Source: Acidobacteriota bacterium (lineage in GTDB: Bacteria; Acidobacteriota; UBA890; WLXD01). Taken from it: a DNA stretch of 64,000 nt. The notes under the pieces are model-generated. The model worked only from the letters and a program-made list of their open reading frames with translations, ran no database searches and was not told where the DNA came from. Both the position numbers and the translations under genes were made by a program. Position 1 is the stretch's first letter. Every line of letters starts with the position of its first letter. Where the stretch lies: assembly GCA_963666215.2 (NCBI GenBank), contig CAXWPL010000004.1, positions 576,001 through 640,000 on the forward strand, written 5' to 3'. Below, piece after piece: positions 45,269 to 55,187 of this stretch.

Positions 45269-46630
45269 ATGGCCATCGACCCGCCCGACTTACTCGAAGA
45301 CGCGGCACGCCGTGCCCGCCGTTACCTGGTTGCCTTGCCGGAGCGTCGCGTTTCACCCGCGCCAGAGGACGTCGATGCGTTGACTCGCTTCAACGAGCCT
45401 CTGCCCGACGAATCGAGCGACGCTCATCAGACGCTTGCGTTGCTCGACGAGCTGGGCGGACCCGGAACGGTGGCTTCGATGGGCGGGCGGTACTTCGGGT
45501 TCGTGACGGGCGCTGCCCTACCCGCGGCCCTCGCGGCTCACTGGCTGGCGTCGGCCTGGGACCAGAACACGGCGCTGGAGGTGATGTCGCCCGCTGCCTC
45601 TGCCATTGAGAACGTTGCGTTGAGTTGGTCACGGGATCTTCTCAGGCTGCCTGACGAGGCGCATGGTCTCTTCGTGACGGGGACAACAATGGGTAACTTC
45701 TGTGGTCTCGCCGCCGCTCGTTCTGCGGTTCTCGAGGGGGTTGGCTGGGACGTCGGAGCACGAGGGATGAACGGTGCGCCGCCGATCCAGGTGGTGGTTG
45801 GCGAACAGGCCCACGCGGTGCTATTCCGCGCCCTCTCGTTGCTCGGGTTCGGTCGCGACAACCTGATACGCGTTCCGGTCGACGACCAGGGCCGCATGTT
45901 GGTCGACGAGCTTCCGGTGCTCGAGGCGCCGTCGATTGTCTGTATTCAGGCAGGCAACGTCGACAGTGGCGCTTTCGACCCGGCGACGGAGATCTGTCAG
46001 GCAGCACGGAAAACTGGCGCCTGGGTGCACGTCGACGGGGCGTTCGGCCTATGGGCCGCGGCAGCACCGGAGCGCGCGCACCTGATGACTGGCTTTGAGC
46101 TCGCCGACTCCTGGGCGACCGACGCTCACAAGTGGCTCAACGTGCCCTACGACTGCGGCATCGCTTTCGTGCGCAACACCGCGGCGCTCGGTAGCGCTAT
46201 GGCGATGCGGGCCCCCTACCTCAGCAGCGAACACGCCCGCGAGCCGTTGTTCCTCACCCCCGAGGGCTCGCGGCGGGCACGCGGCATCGACGTGTGGGCT
46301 GCGCTCAGGGTGCTCGGCCGTCGGGGCGTTGCCGAGTTGGTCGAACGCAACTGCCGGCAGGCCGCAAGGCTGGCGCGCAAGCTCGCGGACGCCGGATGCG
46401 AGGGACTCGAAGTGCTCAACGAAGTTGTTCTCAACCAGGTGCTCGTCGCCTTCGGCGACGACGATCGCACGCGCCGCATCATCGACGAGCTGCAGCGTGA
46501 GGGCACATGCTGGTGCGGCGGCAGCACCTGGAAGGGCCGCGCGGTGATGCGTGTGAGCTTGTCTTCGTGGGCAACCACCGACGACGATCTCGATCGCACC
46601 ATTGCCGCGATCGTGCGACAGGCGGCGTAG
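45269..46630 (+). CDS. Group II PLP-dependent amino acid decarboxylase
   Basis: RYFGFVTG, WDQN, HVDGAFG, DAHKWLNVPYDCG. Confidence 0.9.
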   Translation: MAIDPPDLLEDAARRARRYLVALPERRVSPAPEDVDALTRFNEPLPDESSDAHQTLALLDELGGPGTVASMGGRYFGFVTGAALPAALAAHWLASAWDQNTALEVMSPAASAIENVALSWSRDLLRLPDEAHGLFVTGTTMGNFCGLAAARSAVLEGVGWDVGARGMNGAPPIQVVVGEQAHAVLFRALSLLGFGRDNLIRVPVDDQGRMLVDELPVLEAPSIVCIQAGNVDSGAFDPATEICQAARKTGAWVHVDGAFGLWAAAAPERAHLMTGFELADSWATDAHKWLNVPYDCGIAFVRNTAALGSAMAMRAPYLSSEHAREPLFLTPEGSRRARGIDVWAALRVLGRRGVAELVERNCRQAARLARKLADAGCEGLEVLNEVVLNQVLVAFGDDDRTRRIIDELQREGTCWCGGSTWKGRAVMRVSLSSWATTDDDLDRTIAAIVRQAA

Positions 46631-46697
46631 CGATCGGCGGCGATCCGCTGCATCAACGGACGACCGTAGAACGCTAGGGCGGCCGGCGCTACGGGTG

Positions 46698-47933
46698 CTA
46701 TGGCGGCGGCGCGCCGCGAAGCGCCCGCCCGAGTCGACGGCGGAGCGGAACCGCGAGCAGCCGTGCCGGCACCCCCGCCCAACCCGGTGCGAACAGGTTC
46801 ACCTCGTACGACGAATCCTTCCGCGGCCTCCATTTATCGTGCCACTCGAGGCTGGTCACGAGGCTGACCTCATCGATCTCCGGATCCTCACAGGCGCAAC
46901 GCAGAGTGTCGTTGAGCACGACATTGCCTGGAGCCATCGCCGCGAAGCCTTCGTCGTACGTCGTCTTCACCACGTGCAGTGTGCGACCGAACCGCAGCGC
47001 GAGCTGGCCGCCAACGTACATGTCGCCTACCCGCAACATCGAAACGCACGCAACTTGCTCCCGCCCGAGCCTGCCGAGCGCGATTTCCAGAAACCGCCGC
47101 ATCGTGGCGTCGGAGCCGAGATCGGTTCCGGCCCTGTGCTTCCACGAGCGAACGTCGACCTGGACGAACCGCGCCCACGCCGCCGCTAACGCACCGGGAT
47201 CGGCCACATGCTCCACCACCACGTCGCCGTGTCGGGCGAGCTTGTTGCGTGCCTTGCGCAAGCTGCTCTGGAAGTTGCGGCTCAGCCCGGCAATGAGCTC
47301 GGGGTGGGTGCGGCGGGTGTCGAGCACGGAGCGATGCTGGACCAGGTGCACGTGCCGCCGCGGCGCCCGATACAGGAGTAGATTGCCCTCGTCGACCTGT
47401 TCGAATCGAACGTACAATGGCCGGCCGGCGCCGGGTACGTCGGTGCGAAAAAGCGCCTCCACCAGCTCGATCAACATGTCGGAGTGGATCGCGAGCGAAG
47501 CCCCACCGAGGACACCGGCGTGGCTGTGCACGAGGGCACAGTATCGGTTGACGGTCGCCGCCAACGGGCGTACTTCAAAAGGCACCGCCGTCAGCACGCG
47601 CGCCTCGCGACGCACCAAGGCTAGCCGCTGGTCGCGACCCTCGGCTTGGTCGCGCTGGGCGGTGGCGTGCAGCCAGGCGGTGAGCCACGCCGGGTGGGTG
47701 AGCGCGTCCTTTTCAGTGTCGGCAAGCGCGTTCCAGGTCTCCAGCCATGAGTCGTAGAGCGGCCCGCGGCGGTTGACGAGATCGTCGAATCGCGGGTCGT
47801 CAGACTCGAGCAGGTCGACGCGTGGTGTGGTCGCGGCCGCCGCACCGGCGCGGCGGCAGGCAGCGACCGCCGGATCCTCGCCCGGGATGGCGACGGCGGC
47901 ACGAAGCTCCTCCACCCAACGAGTACCGGACAT
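46698..47933 (-). CDS. CelD/BcsL-like GNAT acetyltransferase
   Basis: LSRNFQSSLRKARNKL, SWK, TTYDEGFAAMAPGNVV. Confidence 0.75.
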   Translation of the reverse strand: MSGTRWVEELRAAVAIPGEDPAVAACRRAGAAAATTPRVDLLESDDPRFDDLVNRRGPLYDSWLETWNALADTEKDALTHPAWLTAWLHATAQRDQAEGRDQRLALVRREARVLTAVPFEVRPLAATVNRYCALVHSHAGVLGGASLAIHSDMLIELVEALFRTDVPGAGRPLYVRFEQVDEGNLLLYRAPRRHVHLVQHRSVLDTRRTHPELIAGLSRNFQSSLRKARNKLARHGDVVVEHVADPGALAAAWARFVQVDVRSWKHRAGTDLGSDATMRRFLEIALGRLGREQVACVSMLRVGDMYVGGQLALRFGRTLHVVKTTYDEGFAAMAPGNVVLNDTLRCACEDPEIDEVSLVTSLEWHDKWRPRKDSSYEVNLFAPGWAGVPARLLAVPLRRRLGRALRGAPPP

Positions 47934-48223
47934 TCAGGGTCTCCAACGGCCGAAGCTACCCAGGAAGGGAAAGGGCACCGTCGGCTTGCGCGAGCGTTGC
48001 TCACCGGAGAGGCACGGTTCAGCGCAACGCCAAACAACAGATGCTAGCGGCGCGCTACGCCCTGGCTCAGGCGCGAAGACCGGTCGCCGAAAGTCGTAGG
48101 CCGCGTGCCCTCAGCCGCGGTCACTCGCGGCCCGCGAGCGGCCGCCGGTGCAACCGCGCGGCACTGGCTCGCAGCACATGCGGCTTGCGCCGCCCGATTG
48201 AAGACGAATGGCGTCGAGTCGAG

Positions 48224-49120
48224 CTACTGGCTAGCGTCCGCGTGCTCGTCGGCTTCGGTGCCGCCTGCCGCGGCCGCAGAACTATCAGCCTGGGCCTCGT
48301 CGGTTGCCTGAGCCGGCTGCGCCGGCTGGGCGGGCTGCAGAAGAGCCTGCTGCTCATCCATCCAGGCGTCGAACGAATCCTGGCTCTGGATGGTGTAGTA
48401 GCCCTGCATGCGGTAGTGCGTCAGTCCGCAGAGCTGAGCGCAGGCGATCTCCCAGCACGTCTTGGTCTGAAAGCAGCCCGGGAACAGTCCGTCGGCTGGA
48501 GTCGCTGTCACCGCGCGGAAGCGAACGGGAATCGCGAGGCCCGGAACGGCATCCTGCTTCACGCGCATCTGCGGCAAGAAGAAGCCGTGGATGACGTCTT
48601 TCGACGACAGCATCACGGTGATGTCACGATCGACCGGCAGCGGCATCTGGTTGATCATGACCACATCGTCGGCCGCTGCAGGATCGGCGCGATCGAGCCC
48701 AACGAAGTTGGTGTTCGAAAGCAGGCTCACGTCGGTGGGTCCGAACACGCCGTCGGGGCCAGGGTAGTGAACGTTCCACTGGAACTGCTGCGCGACCACG
48801 CGGACCACGAAGGGTTCGGGGTCGCTGGTCTCGGGCGACACCCAACTGGCCCAGGCTGGAATCGCGAAGCCAACCAGCAGGATCACCTCGACGATCGCCA
48901 CACCAGCTTCGATGTACGACGAGAAGTGGCTCTTGGCACCCTCGTGACTCGCCTTCGGGTTAGCGCTGGCGCGAAAGCGGTACAGCACGTAGAGGAAGTA
49001 CAGACCCCAGCCAACGAACAGCACCAGCATCAGCCAGTGCACCATCGCGTTCATCCGATCGAGCGGTGCACCGTGTGACGAAGCGTCGATCGGCATCCAA
49101 CGGGCGAGGAACGACTGCAT
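48224..49120 (-). CDS. coxB: Cytochrome c oxidase subunit II
   Basis: QQFQW, DVIHGF, KQDAVPG, CAQLCGLTHYRM CuA ligands. Confidence 0.92.
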   Translation of the reverse strand: MQSFLARWMPIDASSHGAPLDRMNAMVHWLMLVLFVGWGLYFLYVLYRFRASANPKASHEGAKSHFSSYIEAGVAIVEVILLVGFAIPAWASWVSPETSDPEPFVVRVVAQQFQWNVHYPGPDGVFGPTDVSLLSNTNFVGLDRADPAAADDVVMINQMPLPVDRDITVMLSSKDVIHGFFLPQMRVKQDAVPGLAIPVRFRAVTATPADGLFPGCFQTKTCWEIACAQLCGLTHYRMQGYYTIQSQDSFDAWMDEQQALLQPAQPAQPAQATDEAQADSSAAAAGGTEADEHADASQ

Positions 49121-49422
49121 CAGCTGCTGCCTCCGTCGATCAGTTTCGGAGCTGCCCCGATGATCTCGGGGTCTTTATCGAGCTTTTCCTCGAGGCGCTG
49201 GCCGTGGCGTCGAAAGCTCACGAACAGGGCCACGAAGCCGATCTGAACCGTCACCACCACGCCCAGCATCGCGAGGATCCCGTTGTTGACCCCCTTGGCC
49301 ATCGGCGAGTCGTTCTCGCCAAAACAAACCGGGCAGGCATGCGCCTCGGGGACCGCTGCCAACGTCGCGGCCAGCACCACGATGGCGAGCAACCAGACGC
49401 GGGCGTTCCGCCGTGCGGCCAT
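49120..49422 (-). CDS. Small exported/membrane protein with ACPVCFG motif in the cox operon
   Basis: Signal peptide AHA-CPVCFG followed by one TM segment. Confidence 0.7.
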   Translation of the reverse strand: MAARRNARVWLLAIVVLAATLAAVPEAHACPVCFGENDSPMAKGVNNGILAMLGVVVTVQIGFVALFVSFRRHGQRLEEKLDKDPEIIGAAPKLIDGGSS

Positions 49423-49424
49423 GG

Positions 49425-49628
49425 TCAAACTCCCAGAGCCTTGAGCTTCTTCAGGAAGCGCCGCGCGTACAACGCGAGGCCGATCCCGGCCGGGTAAAAG
49501 ACCACCGCCAGGCCCAAACCGACACCGTCGCCAGCGGCGATGTACCGCCGCAGTCCGATCGCCCCGAGGAAGAAGGAGAACAGCACACAGGTGCAAATGA
49601 AGAACACGTGGAATGCCTTCAGCGACAC
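49425..49628 (-). CDS. Small 2-TM protein in the cox operon
   Basis: MSLKAFHVFFI...FLKKLK; tight spacing with neighbours. Confidence 0.7.
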   Translation of the reverse strand: MSLKAFHVFFICTCVLFSFFLGAIGLRRYIAAGDGVGLGLAVVFYPAGIGLALYARRFLKKLKALGV

Positions 49629-49629
49629 T

Positions 49630-49932
49630 TCACCCTCCCATGCGGTCGGCCTGTGCGGCCAGCGGCAGGAAGATCAGGACCAGGAAAAAGAAGAACGTCA
49701 GCGCCAGCACCGCGTAGATCAGCTTGCGCTCGCCGATCAGGTGCATGAAGTAGCAGGCCACGAGGGACCCCTTCACAGAAGCGATCGCCAGCGCCACGAA
49801 GATGGCCGCCCCCGTGCTGAGGTCGAGGCTGGCAACGGCGACGGTCACCAGCGTGAGCACGCCGAGGCTGGCGAACACCGTTACATACACGCGGCGCTCG
49901 GCGCTGATCTCTTCGGGGCTGTGTCCGGCCAT
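49630..49932 (-). CDS. coxD: Cytochrome c oxidase subunit IV
   Basis: YVTVFASLGVLTLVTV, KGSLVACYFMHL. Confidence 0.85.
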   Translation of the reverse strand: MAGHSPEEISAERRVYVTVFASLGVLTLVTVAVASLDLSTGAAIFVALAIASVKGSLVACYFMHLIGERKLIYAVLALTFFFFLVLIFLPLAAQADRMGG

Positions 49933-49963
49933 TTGCCTCTCCAAGCTTCTTCGGATCGGGCAG

Positions 49964-50548
49964 CTAGAGCAGGTACAAGCTCGGGAACAAGAAAATCCAG
50001 ACGAGGTCGACGAAATGCCAGTACAGGCCGGCGACCTCGATCCGATTCGTGAACCGCTCGGGCTCCGACTTCCACATCTTGGCACCGGGACCGAGCAGGT
50101 AACCGAACACCACCATGCCACCGAGAATATGGATGCCGTGCAGCCCGGTCATGGTGAAGTAGGTGGCCATGAAGTTGTTGGAGCTCGGGTACAGGTGATG
50201 CTCGAACTCGGCGCTGTACTCGAAGTACTTCACCACCAGGAAAGCGCCTGCCAGCGCCATCGTGAGCCACAGGTACAGCTTGAACTTGGCGAAGTCGTTG
50301 AGGCGCAGCGCCATCCAGGCAAACACGACCGTCACGGATGACGTGATCAGGAACAGCGTGTTGATCGTCGCCAGCACGACGTCGAGCTCTTCCTGATGCC
50401 AGTCGGGGTTGCCCGTGCGCAGCAGGATGTACGACGAGAAGAGCGCACCGAAGAGCATCACCTCGGAGGCAAGGAACAACCAGATGCCGAGCTTGGCGTT
50501 GTAGAGCCCGGTGTCGGGCCGCGGCTCTTCGTTGTAGGGAATCTGCAT
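49964..50548 (-). CDS. coxC: Cytochrome c oxidase subunit III
   Basis: WLFLASEVMLFG, TGLHGIH, YWHFVDLVW. Confidence 0.93.
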   Translation of the reverse strand: MQIPYNEEPRPDTGLYNAKLGIWLFLASEVMLFGALFSSYILLRTGNPDWHQEELDVVLATINTLFLITSSVTVVFAWMALRLNDFAKFKLYLWLTMALAGAFLVVKYFEYSAEFEHHLYPSSNNFMATYFTMTGLHGIHILGGMVVFGYLLGPGAKMWKSEPERFTNRIEVAGLYWHFVDLVWIFLFPSLYLL

Positions 50549-50572
50549 GGTCTCAGTTCTCTCGGGTCCGGC

Positions 50573-52363
50573 TCAGGAACCGGGCACGTGCTGCGGCAGG
50601 AAGTCGTCGTCGGCTCCCGGCGGGCTGTACTCGTACGGGCCGCGGTACACCGTCGGGATGTGCTCGAAGTTGCCGTGCCCGAGCGGCGGCGACGTGGTGC
50701 ACGCCCAGTCGATCGTCGTCGCGCCCCATGGGTTGCTGCCAACCTTCTCGCCCTTCTTCATGCTCCAGAAGAAGTTGAACACGAAGGGAAGTTGCGCCAG
50801 GAAGAGCCCGAACGCCGCCATCGACATGAACACGTTCCAATGCAGCACGGGCTGCGCGTGCGAGTAGCTCAGTCCGCCGTCGTAGAGGCGTCGGGAAACC
50901 CCTGCCAGTCCCTGGATGAACATCGGCGCGAAGACGCCGTTGATGAAGATGAACGACAGCCAGAAGTGCAGCTTGCCGAGCCCCTCGCTCATCTTGCGAC
51001 CGGTGAACTTCGGGAACCAGTAGTAGATGCCGGCGAAGATCGCGAAGATGGTTCCCGGCGCGACTACGTAGTGGAAATGGCCGATGACGTAGTAGGTGTC
51101 GTGCAGGTGGATGTCCGCAGGTGCCAATCCCAGCGGCAAGCCGGTGAGTCCGCCGATACCGAACATCGGCAGGAAGGCCAGCGAGAACAGCATCGGAGTG
51201 TTGAAGCGAATCGAGCCGCCCCAGAGCGAGATCAGCAGTGCCGTCAAGATCACCACCGACGGAATCGAGATGATCATCGTCGTCGTCTGGAAGAAGGCGC
51301 TGATCACCGTCCCCATGCCGGTCATGAACATGTGGTGCGCCCACACGATGAAGGACATGAAGCCGAGGAAGATGGTCGAGTAGACCATCGGCTTGTAGCC
51401 CCACAGCGGCTTGCGGGTGTTGTTAGCGATGATCTCGGCCACGATGCCCATCGCCGGCAGGATCAGCACGTACACCTCGGGGTGCGCCAGGAACCAAAAG
51501 AGGTGCTGCCATAACAGCGGGCTGCCGCCGCCGGCGTACTCGAGTGCCTGCCCCGAGACGAACAGCCCCGATGGCATGAAGAAGCTCGAGCCCGCCAAGC
51601 GATCCATCAACTGCATCACGCTGGCCGCCTCGAGCGGCGGGAACGCGAGCAGCAGCAGGAACGACGTCACGAACTGGGACCACACGAAGAAGGGCAGCCT
51701 CATGAAGGTCATCCCGGGCGCCCGCAGCTGGATGATCGTAACGATCATGTTCATCGAGCCCAGCAGCGACGAAGTGATGAGGAAGACCATCCCGAACAGC
51801 CAAGCCGTTTGGCCCGTCGTGGCGATCACCGACAACGGTGCGTAGGAGGTCCAGCCCGAGTTGGCCGCGCCGCCGGGCAGGAAGAAGCTCACCAGCATGA
51901 CGATGCCGCCCACGAAGTAGACCCAGTAGCTCATCATGTTGAGCTTCGGGAAGGCCATGTCGGGAGCGCCAATCTGCAGCGGGAGGACGTAGTTTCCGAA
52001 GGCACCCACGGCGAGCGGCACGATGGCCAGGAAGACCATGATCGTGCCGTGCATCGCGCCGAGCTGGTTGTAGAACGCCGGCAGGATGATGCCGCCGGGC
52101 GCGTTGGCCTCGCCCAGCCAGCCGCCAATCAGGGGGACCACTGAGCCCGGGTAGGCCAGCTGCCAGCGCATCAGCAGCATCAGGCAGAAGCCGAAGAGCA
52201 GGAAGCAGAGCGCGGTGATGCCGTACTGCAGACCGATCATCTTGTGGTCGGTCGAAAAGACGTACTTGCGGATCCAGCTCTCTTCGTGGTGCCCGCCGGC
52301 GTGGTCGTGGTCGTGACCGTGCGAGTGTCCGGCGCCCGACTTATCTACAGGATCATCGCTCAT
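50573..52363 (-). CDS. coxA: Cytochrome c oxidase subunit I, A1 type
   Basis: STDHK, HGTIM, HPEVY, WAHH, HDTYYVIGHFH. Confidence 0.96.
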   Translation of the reverse strand: MSDDPVDKSGAGHSHGHDHDHAGGHHEESWIRKYVFSTDHKMIGLQYGITALCFLLFGFCLMLLMRWQLAYPGSVVPLIGGWLGEANAPGGIILPAFYNQLGAMHGTIMVFLAIVPLAVGAFGNYVLPLQIGAPDMAFPKLNMMSYWVYFVGGIVMLVSFFLPGGAANSGWTSYAPLSVIATTGQTAWLFGMVFLITSSLLGSMNMIVTIIQLRAPGMTFMRLPFFVWSQFVTSFLLLLAFPPLEAASVMQLMDRLAGSSFFMPSGLFVSGQALEYAGGGSPLLWQHLFWFLAHPEVYVLILPAMGIVAEIIANNTRKPLWGYKPMVYSTIFLGFMSFIVWAHHMFMTGMGTVISAFFQTTTMIISIPSVVILTALLISLWGGSIRFNTPMLFSLAFLPMFGIGGLTGLPLGLAPADIHLHDTYYVIGHFHYVVAPGTIFAIFAGIYYWFPKFTGRKMSEGLGKLHFWLSFIFINGVFAPMFIQGLAGVSRRLYDGGLSYSHAQPVLHWNVFMSMAAFGLFLAQLPFVFNFFWSMKKGEKVGSNPWGATTIDWACTTSPPLGHGNFEHIPTVYRGPYEYSPPGADDDFLPQHVPGS

Positions 52364-52749
52364 CGGCGGTAGGCTTTCGCAGCGCGCGACCTCGACATCC
52401 GTTCACGGACGGGCCGGGGCTTTTTTCAGGGCGGACCGTCGCGCGGACAGCTCTACCGCGCATGTTCGAGCGATGGGCCGAGGGAAACCGCCGGTAGCCT
52501 ACGACACCCCTGTAGGGGGGGCAACTCGCTGAAAAACCCCTCGGAAACAGCGATTTACTGGGCGTCAGAGAACGGCTGCGAGTGGCTGAGCTCCTGCGTT
52601 GGCGCCTTCGAGCTGCGGTCCGGGCACACGATGACTGTCGGCGGCGACATCGTGGCCATGAAACGGCGGAGCTCGGGTCTCGACCCTGCGATAGCCTGAA
52701 CAGAGACGGAAGCTCGAGACCGCCACCGAAACCCGCTCGCGGAGTGACG

Positions 52750-53128
52750 ATGAGGAAGCAGCTACGATTCACCGCCATCTGCTTCGCCAGTGCAACGGTG
52801 GTTGCATGCGCTGCGGGCCCACCGATTCAGGCCGCCGACCCCGGGTACCGACCGCACGTTGCCCAGCCAGCGTTCGCGTGGGGAGCCGGGCCAAGGGTCG
52901 CCATCGACGAAGCGCACCACAACTACCACACTGCCGAGGGCCGCTACTGCGCGTTCGCGGAGTTACGGCCAGGGACACCTGGCCGTGTTCGGTAAGGCGG
53001 CGATGTTCACGGCGCCGGTCTCGAGCGACGGTCGCGCAATGGGAGTGAACCACCCGGCGGCGCGCCAGAACGCCCAGTTCGTTCTACACGTAGCGCACTG
53101 GCTGACGGGCCTGTTGCCCGGCCGCTGA
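52750..53128 (+). pseudogene. DUF4350/GATase-like lipoprotein remnant with large internal deletion
   Basis: VAIDEAHHNYHTAEGRY is joined out of frame to YGQGHLAVFGKAAMFTA...QNAQFVLHVAHWL. Confidence 0.6.
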
Positions 53129-53171
53129 GCGACCCGCGAAACACACGGGCTCGCGGCGCCCGTGGCCGTTT

Positions 53172-53747
53172 CTAGGCGAGCTCGCGCTGGCGCTTCAGGG
53201 CCTCGGCGTACCACACCAACTCGTCGATAAAGCGTTCGGCTCGGTCGTGGTACGCGTCGTCGAGTGCCTTGCCCTCTTCGTCGAAGGCCTTGTTGATATG
53301 GGGCACGTTCATCCCCGCCGGAATCGGGACGGCGCCGAGGTTCAGCATGACCGCGCGCAGGGCCTGGAGACAAACGGCGCCGCCCATGAAGCCCACCGAG
53401 TGGGTCGCGATGCCGATCGGCTTGCGCTTGTACTCCGGGCCGAGATAGTCGATGGCGTTCTTGAGAACGCCAGGGTAGCCCTTGTTGTACTCGGGGCTGA
53501 CGATCATCAGAGCGTCGCAACGGGCGATGGGCTCGGCAAACGCGACCAGCGCCTCGGGGGGGTTCTCGAGAAAGCGCAGACGTTCCTTCATCAGCGGCAA
53601 GTCGTAGTCGCGAAGGTCGAGAAGCTGGGTGTCGACGCGCTCGTCGGCCTCGAGCTTGGCGTGGAGGAAGCGGCCCAAACGGGGCGTGTTGCGGCCCTCG
53701 CGGATACTGCCGACGATGATGGGGACAAAGAGCTTCGAGTCGGTCAC
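53172..53747 (-). CDS. NADPH-dependent FMN reductase
   Basis: IVGSIREGR, SPEYNKGYPGVLKNAID. Confidence 0.92.
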   Translation of the reverse strand: MTDSKLFVPIIVGSIREGRNTPRLGRFLHAKLEADERVDTQLLDLRDYDLPLMKERLRFLENPPEALVAFAEPIARCDALMIVSPEYNKGYPGVLKNAIDYLGPEYKRKPIGIATHSVGFMGGAVCLQALRAVMLNLGAVPIPAGMNVPHINKAFDEEGKALDDAYHDRAERFIDELVWYAEALKRQRELA

Positions 53748-53779
53748 GGTTGGCTCCGCCGAATAGGAGTTTGGTGGAT

Positions 53780-54988
53780 CTAGGCTGGCGTGGAAGAGGG
53801 CTCGAGCAGCAGCAGTGCGAGCAGCGCGGTGCGCTCGATCATACGGTCGAGATCAATGAATTCATTGCAGGCATGGGCGCCGCCGCCAACCATGCCCAGG
53901 CCATCGAGCGTGGGCGCGTAGAGGTTCGTGATGTTGCCGTCGGAGCCGCCACCAGCCGTTCCTTCCTCGATATGGATCCCGAGATCCCCGGCGAGGTTTC
54001 GCGCCGACCGCCAGAGCGCGCGGCCGGCCTCGGTGGGCTCCATCGGCGATCGACGGTGCGTGCAGGCCACTTCGATTCGCGCTTCCGGGTGCTCGGTACG
54101 CAGGCCGGCCAGTGCCTCCTCGACGGCGTCGGCATGCTTCGCGGTTGGAGCTCGCACGTCGACGACAATGCCGCAGCGCGGCGCGATGACGTTGGGCCGA
54201 GTGCCGCCCGTGATCTGGCCGACGTTAACCTGCACGGCGTCGACGCCACTGCCACCGTGGAGCTCGAAAATCTGTTCAACGAGACGCGCCATCTCACGGA
54301 TCGCGCTGATGCCATCCTCTGGATTCAGCCCGGCGTGGGCCGCACGCCCGTGCACCGTCACGTCGTACTGCGCGACACCCTTGCGAGCGGTCTTGATGTG
54401 TCCATCGACCCCGAGCGCCGGCTCCATTACGAACACACGCTCAACGCGACGGGCCAGCGACACGATCCGGCGCTGCGAGTCGTCGCTGCCGATCTCCTCA
54501 TCGCTGTTGACGAACATGATCGGCACGACGCCGGGCTCCAGCCCCAGGTCGCGGAGCACGCGCAGCGCCGTCAGCGCCTGCACCAGGCCGCCCTTCATGT
54601 CGTACACACCCGGGCCGCGCATGATGCTGGTCCCCTGGATACCAGGAATACCAGGGACACCAGCGTCGTTCCGGATCTCGACCGGCATCTCCGCCAGGGT
54701 GCCCAGGTCGTAGACCGTGTCGACATGCCCGAGCAGCAGCTGGCTCGGCCGGCCTCGGCGCCGATCACGCGGCAGCGCCAACAACTGACCGCCAGACGTG
54801 TTGCCGCGCAGAAAGCGCGTTCGGTAGTCGATGTCGGCGAACGCGGACGCCAGCAGATCGAAACCGGGACGCTGGGTTTCGGGCTGCAGCGACGACGTTT
54901 CGATCGACGCGAGGGCGCTCAACCGATCGATCATTCCCTGACGCTCGCCGCGCACGGCGTCGAGTATCTGTTGCGCCTGCACGCTCAT
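53780..54988 (-). CDS. M20-family metallopeptidase (glutamate carboxypeptidase-like)
   Basis: GHVDTV, GPGVYDMKGG, DEEIGS, GGGSDGN, GGGAH. Confidence 0.9.
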   Translation of the reverse strand: MSVQAQQILDAVRGERQGMIDRLSALASIETSSLQPETQRPGFDLLASAFADIDYRTRFLRGNTSGGQLLALPRDRRRGRPSQLLLGHVDTVYDLGTLAEMPVEIRNDAGVPGIPGIQGTSIMRGPGVYDMKGGLVQALTALRVLRDLGLEPGVVPIMFVNSDEEIGSDDSQRRIVSLARRVERVFVMEPALGVDGHIKTARKGVAQYDVTVHGRAAHAGLNPEDGISAIREMARLVEQIFELHGGSGVDAVQVNVGQITGGTRPNVIAPRCGIVVDVRAPTAKHADAVEEALAGLRTEHPEARIEVACTHRRSPMEPTEAGRALWRSARNLAGDLGIHIEEGTAGGGSDGNITNLYAPTLDGLGMVGGGAHACNEFIDLDRMIERTALLALLLLEPSSTPA

Positions 54989-55187
54989 GACTCCCCCTTG
55001 ACCGTTCGAGCGCCACGGCTCGATCGTTTTCGGCCCGCTCTCTAGCACCACCAACCTTCGAGCTCTTGGCTCGCCGTTGGTTCCATTCCCCACCTTGTCT
55101 AGACTGGCACGTTCGACGTCCCGACAATTGCCGCACGCTTGTTCCGCTGGCCCCTACCGCGACAGCACTCTGTTATCGGAGCTCACG

